DNA of 64,000 bases from Myxococcales bacterium (GTDB lineage: Bacteria; Myxococcota_A; Polyangia; Polyangiales; DASUME01). The stretch is taken from positions 6,240,001 to 6,304,000 of the forward strand of contig JASGJH010000001.1 in the NCBI GenBank assembly GCA_047601445.1. Reading direction: 5' to 3'. Within the stretch, counting starts at the first letter, position 1; each line of letters begins with the position of its first letter. The notes under the pieces are model-generated. The model saw nothing but the letters and a program-made list of their open reading frames with translations. It ran no database searches and was not told the origin of the DNA. Made by a program: the position numbers and the translations under genes. This document shows positions 42,501 to 48,863 of this stretch, piece after piece.

Positions 42501-43301
42501 CATGTGAATCATGCGAAGCGCATTCTGAAGGAGATCTTCACCCTCGGATTTGCCGACACGGACACCGACAAGAGCATTGCGCCCAAGAACAAGGGCGCCG
42601 ATCCTGGCCGGATTGAGGGGTCCAGTGGTCCGACGCCGACGAAGCTCTTTTCATTGGGTAGCGTGCCGTGGCCGCTCGGAACGCTCAACGCTCCGAAGGA
42701 AACCCCTTGGCACGGCTGGGCCAAGGAGTTCCTTAGAAAGATCGATGAGACTGAATCGCGGATTCGGAATCGCGGATTCGTCGAGACCTTGGACGTACCA
42801 AAGCTCGCTCTACTCGTGATCGGTGAGTTCTTTGTAGGGCTTGCTGCCGACGCGACACCAGAACAGGTGCTCATCGCGATTGCATCACAAGGGAGGGCCG
42901 TTGGAGCCGGCGGTGTCGGGGGACCGCTTGCGGCGATGGCTCCGCGGTTCCGTTACCCTGCCGCAAGGGGACCCCAGGCGCCGTCGCCCATTCGCAATAT
43001 TCCAGCGAACGCCCAAATCCGCGTGCTGAAGCCTGACCCGAACGGCGGCGCACAGTATGGTGTCGAGTACAAGTGGATAGATCAGCAAGGACAAACCGTT
43101 CGCTTCCGTGTTCATGGACCCGACGGAACCGCTCCTTCCGGTTCCAACGCGGCGAGCGGCGTTACATTTCGCGTGCAGGTTGGGGGACGTTACATGGACG
43201 CAGAAGGGAACCTGTACCCGCGAGGTGTGCACAATCCGCAGAGCCCGAACTACGACCCTGCAGCCGCGAACGCGACCCACATTCCCTGGCCTGGAGAGTG
43301 A
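33543..43301 (+). CDS. Giant lipoprotein Rhs polymorphic toxin: PQQ-like propeller, Cys-rich modules, phage-spike-like/LamG-like module, SpvB/FG-GAP/YD shell, Rhs core, Ntox30-like C-terminal toxin
   Basis: GTG 33543 after AAAGG; VRALRFLPVLASVTLLSC lipobox; eight blades like SxPAxxxDGxIYxGSDD; GSATYSVPVNVPPGRGGLAPELALTY (SpvB); DxNGDG repeats; YD repeats; GYTGH...RLYD...GRF...DP, YAYVFNDPLTLIDPSG; tip with RVH and THIP. Confidence 0.92.
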   Translation: MRALRFLPVLASVTLLSCLAPGDEGEPYDDELDAGMEENSDAPVVHGVEQGLQTSLCGNVAGLQANAGSPMRGGCPTHSAQSSLYGPATLPAQPNWARDTLWDVRSAPAVAADGTIYFGSDDSYFYAINPTNGTEKWKVFLWNQIKSSPAIAANGTIYVGSNANKIHAISPTTHAEIAAFDTFDDVTASPVIGGDGTVYIGSKTGKFYALNASLGKKWEFTTGGAIRTSAAVGPDGTIYFSSDDNKLYALTSTGAAKFPAKTLGVTNTESSPAVANGKVYVASNANKLHAFDAVTGNLLWERTLGSGSSYVGSPAVDANGVIYIGGGDFKLHAFTPDGDELWAFPTLGAILAAPAIDRGGNIYFGSDDDSLYSVDAGGNLRWKYTTWNNVEGHPVIGANGAILVGSDDNKLHSVGAAGPAPKAVGQTCALDADCAQGLICGDGNGARYGLAATARACWEPSCQNGVKDQGETKVDCGGPCGTCNAICVSPCVLGEQVAPPAIASLNFEAGTFVRGSLATFTKEDGTIERATAHQLRYLSSPGKKRIALFEGERTNTVIRSEELNKIPGWFVPDFLVGAPIQLQVDVGTAPDGTTSADKLLAPNGGIPATIQLAANPNGAGTLSAFVKNAGSNAGKTRLILFDPIVSNLYANADAWDLPTQWKRFDKDSQAAAIPLYLAASHVQNYPAGFGDLIPSLPAADYFLWGVQWESGSFPSSYLPTNDQYRKRNPDRLTYPAAQVPAWMRSGVWQFDVMPEYSSAELQNGEQFVLFSFGGAANTVSLSKTGGTGHLILKAGGVVAFDGSFSWQRGQVITVTVDTAAGLAHLKGREFDAWTTPHAFSFGSGDLRVGGILAGATEAFAGLTEPRQVTAPAVVCQPDPSCTLCGDGQVSAGETCDPGTNPRCAGDCLAESGLTLCDTADGCVCPPGTSLPVQRNGGAFGASASRFVCVPTALCPAQCGSIDGVCGLCPACVPHCEGATCGSPGDGCGGSCPVCQGGQTPPDEEGCAPGYVLGDGNGWRFLGGAKDERSVCWPRICEFPDERRIPCGQPTDPCGVCDPEVLTQSFNGILDKKRTAPACAAGMVSNSVGACLPVVDAKLTTLASPDAVGALSGAFSVELNGSATYSVPVNVPPGRGGLAPELALTYRSSSGNSLVGFDWSISGLSAISVCQPTVVQDKTLSSPASVMVPFCLDGRRLIPKSYDATLNRTEWRVEFDPAVRVFSDGDQDARHGLPTGDIAPQSWTVETGDGRKSEYGLDDLSRLDRNSFGVLPVEGSYGHIGARAWAISRITDRAGNRINFQYADNGTNQAAKPAWIGYNPVTVNGNGDDATSEIVFTYDAPQQNGFEVLPRPDVFFGAQYREGIHRVDRLAKIEVRSFGRVLRSYVISIKTSGNGLTLVDHITECAGPGDGHCTSPTKFTYAPSDRTTFKLTDPSVPAPSDGKHQQVGLDWNSDGFDDLAVFDGNRWDVFLGSSSGLAMAATSSFSAKPLRATKNAAGFLTQPVFVLDFEQDGQQDVILESVDTQNKAALVRVSAFHSPQVLYVPWPSGMPAKNGQFVAFDANGDSLDDFLYCTGDSRKWLLFRNAGGSLSSPVEIANTKGFCDDAVVMPTQWGNETVLWTERRDGDIMQLDSGMFTAAFYAHPTPPADGLDPDPAIDLVGLSDVNGDGLGDVIRASEVQEGSDDWGKTLFKIYAGTGGTPYYYGVGRRLTGNLGEKVYAAATSVRTMDFDRDGKQDLLLATTDFDRTKTTWDFYKESRVPSGPTWPVTYGEDLKGFQTVVINSPYAAPEFIDVNGDGAADLLADGRLYWGQQPNANLLTGITISSHASDVPDGLEINYTTGIGSGVYQPGGSGNGCDDRLTTTAMCMRRLPHPVVANWTRRSFKQAAADPQIVRSSGEVYTYEDSRYDRLGRGWLGFGKRTVYRFGFDGVQSSTVEEHYDLSRVSQGDQDTGVVPYFAQLPLTQGQRWGALERLDYYYYPYVFRPSLVRETTSALGDETTRGGLITRVQETSYEYELIPTDYDAVPYTALRRSEAKLFEGDALVDQEVSTYTHDSYGNVKTWVRSFPLEPNDAMETRFNSFAHESDPSRIDRWQVALPAEEAFVATQGPEDVPLVAIKNLEYDSQGLVSVVFLNKDDALRAAGSKTTFGRDPWNNIGSATVEPLEGPAELKVTSVQFDSLGILPTAVTNPAGHVDHYDFSFADGRLVKHTDSNSLVSEWQYDGFGRLVARSSAGISETFRYSAAAYSESEVLSVNAVTSILISTVAGGLSLEETTFVSQDGDVVGQKSPGFQGTVVLQEFTYDGLGRRTQASRPHLSGDRTQGSQSYDYDAWGRLVKTRAADSTETKYFYASSATTSYDPSTIQMSPRARWITTTETPKHERLIRQLDADGQVLVMHDAGGQAVSTFEYGIGGFVTGIVDPDGNRTVRVPDLQGRLRELHDPDTGDHSFDYKWSGELKSHIQNGEENAFDYDSIGRLLVRTNRDGEARWTWDHDELRGVTRVGALLRTTSPSGSAEELSYDHPYGALTSIKRTFKNPRGDVELAVGLEYDAFLRPEFIQYPGALRIKNEYDGAFLSQVRNANVSAEVFWKLEAAYQGYLPSRVALGTSNMRQFTTYEPSTGRVSGLQTTAPGQQDLVSQTMGYDPNGRTEWLHDIPHVAENKFVYDDLGRLKSVRRRFGSASDPDLAHFDYSPSGRILSKSDVGTYVYDPSNGHPHAVDSVVGPDGTTSYFYDSFGRLERRTGPAIPSGEQKLAYDGTGLIKTIESNVEGLREYSYGASGDKMMVISKPSAESPASSVALFLGKWFEQRQAAEQGPWTEISRIFAAGTAIAEVITVNGAERKVRYLHRDHLNSVVAVSDGDGGNREVRSFGFFGENESVEEAVETLGYTGHQHEPDTSLIDMVGRLYDSYIGRFVTPDPGIPNPESTQSYDRYAYVFNDPLTLIDPSGFVPDMPPSQPPSNCDTDCQVPPQGGVGIGGRSREARESHVNHAKRILKEIFTLGFADTDTDKSIAPKNKGADPGRIEGSSGPTPTKLFSLGSVPWPLGTLNAPKETPWHGWAKEFLRKIDETESRIRNRGFVETLDVPKLALLVIGEFFVGLAADATPEQVLIAIASQGRAVGAGGVGGPLAAMAPRFRYPAARGPQAPSPIRNIPANAQIRVLKPDPNGGAQYGVEYKWIDQQGQTVRFRVHGPDGTAPSGSNAASGVTFRVQVGGRYMDAEGNLYPRGVHNPQSPNYDPAAANATHIPWPGE

Positions 43302-43303
43302 TA

Positions 43304-43639
43304 ATGTCCATGAGCAATTCAGATGTTCTTGATGTACTCCGTCAATTGATCTCTCCGGATCACCAAGAGCGCGAACTCGCTGCCGAGGAGCTCACTGATG
43401 TGGTGCGCTCCCTGGAGTCCTTTCAGGTGGCACTCCTCGCAAGTGCGTTGGTTGTTGCGCGCCTCTGCGAGTCCAACGTCACTACTCAAGAGGCTCAGCT
43501 CAATGCGCTTAGCGAGCTTAAGGAATGGCATGACGTGAGCGCCGCTTTGCTAATGCCGCTCAAGCAACTGAGCGCCAACGAACTTCCTGGCTCGCAGGCG
43601 CAACATTTCGCCGACCTGCTCGGATTAGAGCGGGGTTGA
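43304..43639 (+). CDS. Putative cognate immunity protein (helical, HEAT-like)
   Basis: ATG 2 nt after the toxin stop; small 111-aa ORF; typical toxin-immunity position. Confidence 0.75.
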   Translation: MSMSNSDVLDVLRQLISPDHQERELAAEELTDVVRSLESFQVALLASALVVARLCESNVTTQEAQLNALSELKEWHDVSAALLMPLKQLSANELPGSQAQHFADLLGLERG

Positions 43640-43856
43640 CCGGACATCAGTTTCGGTCCATTCGCCAAAAAATGGGATTTGTTTACGGACGCACTGCGTG
43701 AATGGGGGTTTACGGGGCCACCCGAGCGACGTCCGCCCTGGCTCTCGCGCTAGCCAGCAGTGAGAATGGTGCTTGTCTACTGCTCAGTAACCGTCCTGTA
43801 GACCGCGTGGTCGCGGCCCCGATCGCCACCGCGTAGACATTCTCGCAGGAGGCGAG

Positions 43857-44225
43857 ATGCCGCGAGGACAAGTAGAGGCAAGCGCCGAGGTCTGGCGGGA
43901 CCGTGTGCAGCGTTGGAAGCAAAGCGGTTTGACTGCAAAGGCATTTGCAGAGCTCGAAGGGCTTCCGCGGGCAGGCGCGCTGTCGTGGTGGCGTCACCAG
44001 CTCGCTGCACGGGATAAGAAGTCGCTGCCGGTCGTCGACGGGCCGGTGCGCCTGGTCCGGCTGGAGGCCGTGCCGACGACGCCGAGCGGCAAACGTCGGG
44101 GGCGTGAGGAAGCGGTCGTGGCGCCAATCGAGATTGCGTGCGGGGCGTACCGCGTGGTCGTTCGCGCCGGCTTCGACCCCATGATGCTCGAAGGCGTGCT
44201 GCGAGCGTTGGAGCGTGCACGATGA
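43857..44225 (+). CDS. tnpA: IS66 accessory protein TnpA, copy 1
   Basis: WRDRVQRWKQSGLTAKAFA...LSWWRHQL; protein identical to copies 2 and 3. Confidence 0.88.
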   Translation: MPRGQVEASAEVWRDRVQRWKQSGLTAKAFAELEGLPRAGALSWWRHQLAARDKKSLPVVDGPVRLVRLEAVPTTPSGKRRGREEAVVAPIEIACGAYRVVVRAGFDPMMLEGVLRALERAR

Positions 44226-44383
44226 TCGGACGCAACGTTGCGATTTACGTGGCCGTGACGCCGCTCGATATGCGTCGCAGCTTCGACGGGCTCGCGGCAG
44301 CAGCACGCGAGACGCTGCGTCAGGACCCAGAGAGCGGCGCATTGTTCCTGTTTGCAAACAAACGCGGACATCGCGTCAAGATC
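44222..44383 (+). pseudogene. tnpB: Truncated IS66 TnpB
   Basis: PLDMRRSFDGL...HRVKI cut off by the second IRL. Confidence 0.9.
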
Positions 44384-44453
44384 GTAACCGTCCTGTAGAC
44401 CGCGTGGTCGCGGCCCCGATCGCCACCGCGTAGACATTCTCGCAGGAGGCGAG

Positions 44454-44822
44454 ATGCCGCGAGGACAAGTAGAGGCAAGCGCCGAGGTCTGGCGGGACCG
44501 TGTGCAGCGTTGGAAGCAAAGCGGTTTGACTGCAAAGGCATTTGCAGAGCTCGAAGGGCTTCCGCGGGCAGGCGCGCTGTCGTGGTGGCGTCACCAGCTC
44601 GCTGCACGGGATAAGAAGTCGCTGCCGGTCGTCGACGGGCCGGTGCGCCTGGTCCGGCTGGAGGCCGTGCCGACGACGCCGAGCGGCAAACGTCGGGGGC
44701 GTGAGGAAGCGGTCGTGGCGCCAATCGAGATTGCGTGCGGGGCGTACCGCGTGGTCGTTCGCGCCGGCTTCGACCCCATGATGCTCGAAGGCGTGCTGCG
44801 AGCGTTGGAGCGTGCACGATGA
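44454..44822 (+). CDS. tnpA: IS66 accessory protein TnpA, copy 2
   Basis: Protein identical to copy 1. Confidence 0.88.
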   Translation: MPRGQVEASAEVWRDRVQRWKQSGLTAKAFAELEGLPRAGALSWWRHQLAARDKKSLPVVDGPVRLVRLEAVPTTPSGKRRGREEAVVAPIEIACGAYRVVVRAGFDPMMLEGVLRALERAR

Positions 44823-44894
44823 TCGTAACCGTCCTGTAGACCGCGTGGTCGCGGCCCCGATCGCCACCGCGTAGACATTCTCGCAGGAGGCGAG

Positions 44895-45263
44895 ATGCCG
44901 CGAGGACAAGTAGAGGCAAGCGCCGAGGTCTGGCGGGACCGTGTGCAGCGTTGGAAGCAAAGCGGTTTGACTGCAAAGGCATTTGCAGAGCTCGAAGGGC
45001 TTCCGCGGGCAGGCGCGCTGTCGTGGTGGCGTCACCAGCTCGCTGCACGGGATAAGAAGTCGCTGCCGGTCGTCGACGGGCCGGTGCGCCTGGTCCGGCT
45101 GGAGGCCGTGCCGACGACGCCGAGCGGCAAACGTCGGGGGCGTGAGGAAGCGGTCGTGGCGCCAATCGAGATTGCGTGCGGGGCGTACCGCGTGGTCGTT
45201 CGCGCCGGCTTCGACCCCATGATGCTCGAAGGCGTGCTGCGAGCGTTGGAGCGTGCACGATGA
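44895..45263 (+). CDS. tnpA: IS66 accessory protein TnpA, copy 3
   Basis: Protein identical to copy 1. Confidence 0.88.
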   Translation: MPRGQVEASAEVWRDRVQRWKQSGLTAKAFAELEGLPRAGALSWWRHQLAARDKKSLPVVDGPVRLVRLEAVPTTPSGKRRGREEAVVAPIEIACGAYRVVVRAGFDPMMLEGVLRALERAR

Positions 45264-45637
45264 TCGGACGCAACGTTGCGATTTACGTGGCCGTGACGCC
45301 GCTCGATATGCGTCGCAGCTTCGACGGGCTCGCGGCAGCAGCACGCGAGACGCTGCGTCAGGACCCAGAGAGCGGCGCATTGTTCCTGTTTGCAAACAAA
45401 CGCGGACATCGCGTCAAGATCCTATGGTGGGACCGGACGGGCTACTGTCTTTTGCAAAAACGGCTCGAATGGGGAGCATTTCGTTTGCCTCGTACACTCG
45501 ATGCAAATGCGACCACCGTGGCGATCGACGTGGCGGAGCTGTCGAAGATCCTCGAAGGCGTGAAGCTGCCGCCGAAGAAGCACCGCATGCGCAAGCAGGC
45601 GGAAGAGAAGCCATCCATCTTCAAGTTGCCACGCTGA
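45260..45637 (+). CDS. tnpB: IS66 accessory protein TnpB
   Basis: DMRRSFDGL, LFLFANKRGHRVKILWWDRTG and KRLE; ATGA overlap with tnpA. Confidence 0.93.
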   Translation: MIGRNVAIYVAVTPLDMRRSFDGLAAAARETLRQDPESGALFLFANKRGHRVKILWWDRTGYCLLQKRLEWGAFRLPRTLDANATTVAIDVAELSKILEGVKLPPKKHRMRKQAEEKPSIFKLPR

Positions 45638-45662
45638 GATCGGAGGTGTAAGTCACGCTAGC

Positions 45663-47294
45663 GTGACCTTTGAAGAGCTCGTCGCGAACTTCCAGAAGCT
45701 CTCGAGCAGACTCGAGCAAGTAAAGCACGTCGCGACACGTGCTAGCGAAGAGCGAGACGAGTTCAAGCGTGAGCGAGACGAGTATCGGAAGCTCTACGAG
45801 CTCGTGTCATTGGAGCTTGAGCGTACGCGTCGCCACCTGTTCGGCCGCAAAGCAGAGGCCGCCGATGCCGCGCAGACGCAGCTCGCGTTCTTGCTCGCTA
45901 CGGATCCCTCGGCAACCGCCGATGCGGCTCTCGCTAACGAAGGGGCGTCGAGCGGTTCTTCGCGGGGCGAGCGACCGAAGGCCGCGCCGCATGGTCGGAA
46001 CAAGATCCCAGACCATCTGCCGACCGAGCGGATCGAGCTCGTCCCGCCGGAGGTCCAGCGTGAACCTGAGGCGTTCGAACGCATTGGCGAAGAGACCCGC
46101 GAATTGATCGAGTGGCGGAGCGCTTCTCACGTGCGCGTGATAGTCGTGCGCCCGAAGTTTGTGCGTCGTGGGGCATCGACCAACAGCGTGCTCATCGCCG
46201 AGCCGTTGTCGCTGCCCATCGAGCGCGGTCTCGCTGGGCCCGGACTTCTGGCCTGGGTGTTGGTCAGCAAATACTGCGACCATCTTCCGCTGCATCGCCT
46301 CGAAGGCATGCTGGAGCGCTATGGCGTGCCGGTCGCGCGCTCGACGCTGTGCGGCTGGGTCGAAGCGATGCACCTCCTGGCGGCGCCCGTGGTGAGTGCG
46401 ATGTGGGACGATGCGCTGACGAGCGACTACATCGCAGTCGACGCCACCGGCGTGCTGGTCCAGGCAAAGGAGCGATGCCGACGCGGCCACTTCTGGGTGC
46501 TTGCTTCGGACAACGGGCACGTGCTCTTTCGCTATACCAAGCGGCACACCAAGGGCCACGTCCGCGAACTGCTCGGCGGCTATCGCGGCTACCTGCAGGC
46601 CGACGCGGCCACGGTCTACGATTTTCTGTACCTCGACGAGTCGTGCGTCGAGGTCGGCTGCTGGGCCCATTGCCGCCGCCGGTTCTTCGATGCGCTCTCG
46701 ACCGACCGCGAGAGAGCCAACACCGCGCTCGGTTTCATCGCAAAGCTCTATCAGATCGACCGCGACACCTTGGAACTCGGCGCCGAACGTCGTACCCACG
46801 AACGGGCCGCACGCGCGGGCCCCGTGCTCGAAGCTTTCTTTGCCTGGCTCGATGAACGTGAACTCGAGGTTCTTCCCGAAAGTCCGATCGGAAAGGCCGT
46901 CGGCTACGCCCACAATCAGCGGGTCGCACTCCAGCGTTTCCTGGACGACGGTCGGCTTCGGCTCGACAACAACCGCAGCGAGCGTGAGCTTCGCCGTGAG
47001 GCGGTCGGTCGCAAAAAATGGCTCTTCGTCGGCAGCGACGACGGCGCCAAATGGAACGCCACCTTCGTGTCCCTGATCGCCAGCTGCCAGCAGCACAAGC
47101 TCGAGCCCTGGGCTTACCTCCGCGACCTCTTCTGCCTGATTCCAGACTGGCCGCAGACCCGCCTGCTCGACCTCGCACCCAAGCACTGGCGCCAGACAAG
47201 CGAGCAGCCCGAAGTTCAGCGACGACTCGCCGCCAACAAACTCCGCGCCATTTCGCTCGCTGCTACGCACTCAGCCCAGGCTACGCCGGGATAG
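45663..47294 (+). CDS. tnpC: IS66 DDE transposase TnpC
   Basis: Coiled coil, LFGRKAE, SKYCDHLPLHR, VDATG, LQADA, GCWAHCRRRF and DNNRSERELR. Confidence 0.95.
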   Translation: MTFEELVANFQKLSSRLEQVKHVATRASEERDEFKRERDEYRKLYELVSLELERTRRHLFGRKAEAADAAQTQLAFLLATDPSATADAALANEGASSGSSRGERPKAAPHGRNKIPDHLPTERIELVPPEVQREPEAFERIGEETRELIEWRSASHVRVIVVRPKFVRRGASTNSVLIAEPLSLPIERGLAGPGLLAWVLVSKYCDHLPLHRLEGMLERYGVPVARSTLCGWVEAMHLLAAPVVSAMWDDALTSDYIAVDATGVLVQAKERCRRGHFWVLASDNGHVLFRYTKRHTKGHVRELLGGYRGYLQADAATVYDFLYLDESCVEVGCWAHCRRRFFDALSTDRERANTALGFIAKLYQIDRDTLELGAERRTHERAARAGPVLEAFFAWLDERELEVLPESPIGKAVGYAHNQRVALQRFLDDGRLRLDNNRSERELRREAVGRKKWLFVGSDDGAKWNATFVSLIASCQQHKLEPWAYLRDLFCLIPDWPQTRLLDLAPKHWRQTSEQPEVQRRLAANKLRAISLAATHSAQATPG

Positions 47295-47331
47295 CGTCGG
47301 CGCCCACGACGCGGTTCACCGGACGCTTACC

Positions 47332-47937
47332 AACGCTCCGAAGGAAACCCCTTGGCACGGCTGGGCCAAGGAGTTCCTTAGAAAGATCGATGAGACTGAA
47401 TCGCGGATTCGGAATCGCGGATTCGTCGAGACCTTGGACGTACCAAAGCTTGCCCTACTCGTGATCGGTGAGTTCTTTGTAGGGCTAGCTGCCGACGCGA
47501 CACCAGAACAGGTGGTCATCACAATTGCGTCACAAGGGCGAGCCGTTGGGGCCGGAGGTGTCGGGGGACCGCTTGCGGCGATGGCTCCGCGGTTCCGCTA
47601 CTCTGTCCCAAGGGCGGCGGCGTTCCCGCGAGCCACGCTACAAGGAGTTTCGCTGAGATGGCTGCAACGAAACAAGCCTAGCGGCTGGAGAACGGTAACG
47701 ACCGCAAACAACGAGGGTTGGATTTGGAAGGACTCAAACGGCATCGAGCGATTGAGGTTCATGCGTCCCAACGGGTCCAATCCGGCGGGCAGCCAATGGA
47801 GCAGACAGGCCAACGGGTACTTTCGTTGGCAGAACGAGGCAGGCGAGTACTTGGATGTGAGTGGCAATGTAGTTCAGCGGTCCGACCCTCGGTTCGAAGA
47901 ACTCTCACATATCATGTACGAAGGGCCTCTGCCGTGA
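47332..47937 (+). pseudogene. Orphan Rhs C-terminal cassette: copied pre-toxin linker plus an alternative toxin tip
   Basis: 47331-47614 repeats 42686-42969 (about 15 mismatches in 284 bp), then a different ~107-aa tip; no Rhs shell or clear start. Confidence 0.88.
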
Positions 47938-47952
47938 TAAGGGAGCCATTGA

Positions 47953-48432
47953 ATGCGCACGATCGACTCGCCCGACGAAGTGCTCGGCAGGATGCTCGAA
48001 TGTCTTGTAATTGCATTTTCATATTCAGTCGAAGCGAAGAGATTCGTGCTTGTGTCTGACTATCCCGATAAGTCACCCGGGAGTGTGCGAGAGCTGATTG
48101 CACTTGTTTTCCACGACGTGGACCGATTCTTCCGTGAGCCGGGTGATTTGCCAGCGCTAGCCAGATTCCATTTCAGCTATTTTGCCAGAGACGAAGTCGG
48201 TGGGCGCGTAGTGCAATCCGTACAGAGCACAGACGTGGCGCCAGGTCTTCGGCGCGCAAGATTTTGGTTCGGGCCGAACTTCGGTGGCGTAACACTCGAC
48301 TATCGATCCCTTGCAGGACTCGCGCGCGGTTCACGCGTCGTGCAGAAGGGGCGCGAGTTCGTCTACAGCGACGTGCAGACTAGTCTTGAGTTCGACTTCT
48401 ACAACCCGTTTCCCGATCTGCTGAACCCGTAG
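47953..48432 (+). CDS. Putative immunity protein for the orphan tip
   Basis: 159-aa ORF directly downstream with an AGGGAG RBS. Confidence 0.75.
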   Translation: MRTIDSPDEVLGRMLECLVIAFSYSVEAKRFVLVSDYPDKSPGSVRELIALVFHDVDRFFREPGDLPALARFHFSYFARDEVGGRVVQSVQSTDVAPGLRRARFWFGPNFGGVTLDYRSLAGLARGSRVVQKGREFVYSDVQTSLEFDFYNPFPDLLNP

Positions 48433-48612
48433 ATGCCGTGGTTCGATCCGCGAAAGCGGCGGTCGCTAGGCAAACGGCCATTGGGAAGCGGAGGAGGACG
48501 ACGACCCCGATGGGTGGTTTGCTTTGACGCCGTACATGCGTGGGTTGGTACGACACGTCGACACCTGAGTTGCTGGCAGGGACCGTTGATAGCTTGTCGG
48601 GCGGCTCACGCT

Positions 48613-48787
48613 ACACGCTACGGCTCGCGATCGGAGCGCAGCACCGAAGTCGCCGCCTTGTTCTGCAGCTCTCATCGAGAGCGCGAAGTTGGCCCGCGTG
48701 GAACCAGAGGTCTTCCTCGCCGCCGTAGCCCGATCCGCGGTTCGCTAGCAGCCGATTCTGCTGCCTGACGAACTCGCGACCGCCTGA
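48613..48787 (+). pseudogene. Relic of the 3' end of a different IS66 tnpC
   Basis: YGSRSERSTEVAALFCS, +1 shift near 48670, then LIESAKLARVEPEVFL...*...LLP; resembles the IS66 TnpC C-terminus. Confidence 0.7.
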
Positions 48788-48799
48788 GCAGCGCAACGT

Positions 48800-48863
48800 T
48801 GCACATGTGCCGTCTTGCACACCCGCGGTACTGCACACCCGCGGTACTGCACATGTGCCGTAC
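48800..48863. repeat. Four 16-bp tandem units starting TGCACA (A-B-B-A pattern)
   Basis: TGCACATGTGCCGTCT, TGCACACCCGCGGTAC x2, TGCACATGTGCCGTAC. Confidence 0.9.

Larger units (their letters stand above)
43787..47330 (+). mobile_element. IS66-family composite: two truncated left-end copies (43787-44383, 44384-44824) plus one complete element (44825-47330)
   Basis: IRL GTAACCGTCCTGTAGACCGCG at 43787, 44384 and 44825; single IRR ...CGCGGTTCACCGGACGCTTAC ending at 47330 (17/21 match to IRL). Confidence 0.93.

Noticed and set aside
43640..43753. 37-codon open frame continuing after the immunity gene stop
   Set aside because: No start codon or recognisable motif; may be a cassette remnant but is unsupported
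48800..48863. Possible CRISPR array
   Set aside because: 16-bp period with no unique spacers and no cas genes; no CRISPR array seen anywhere in the window
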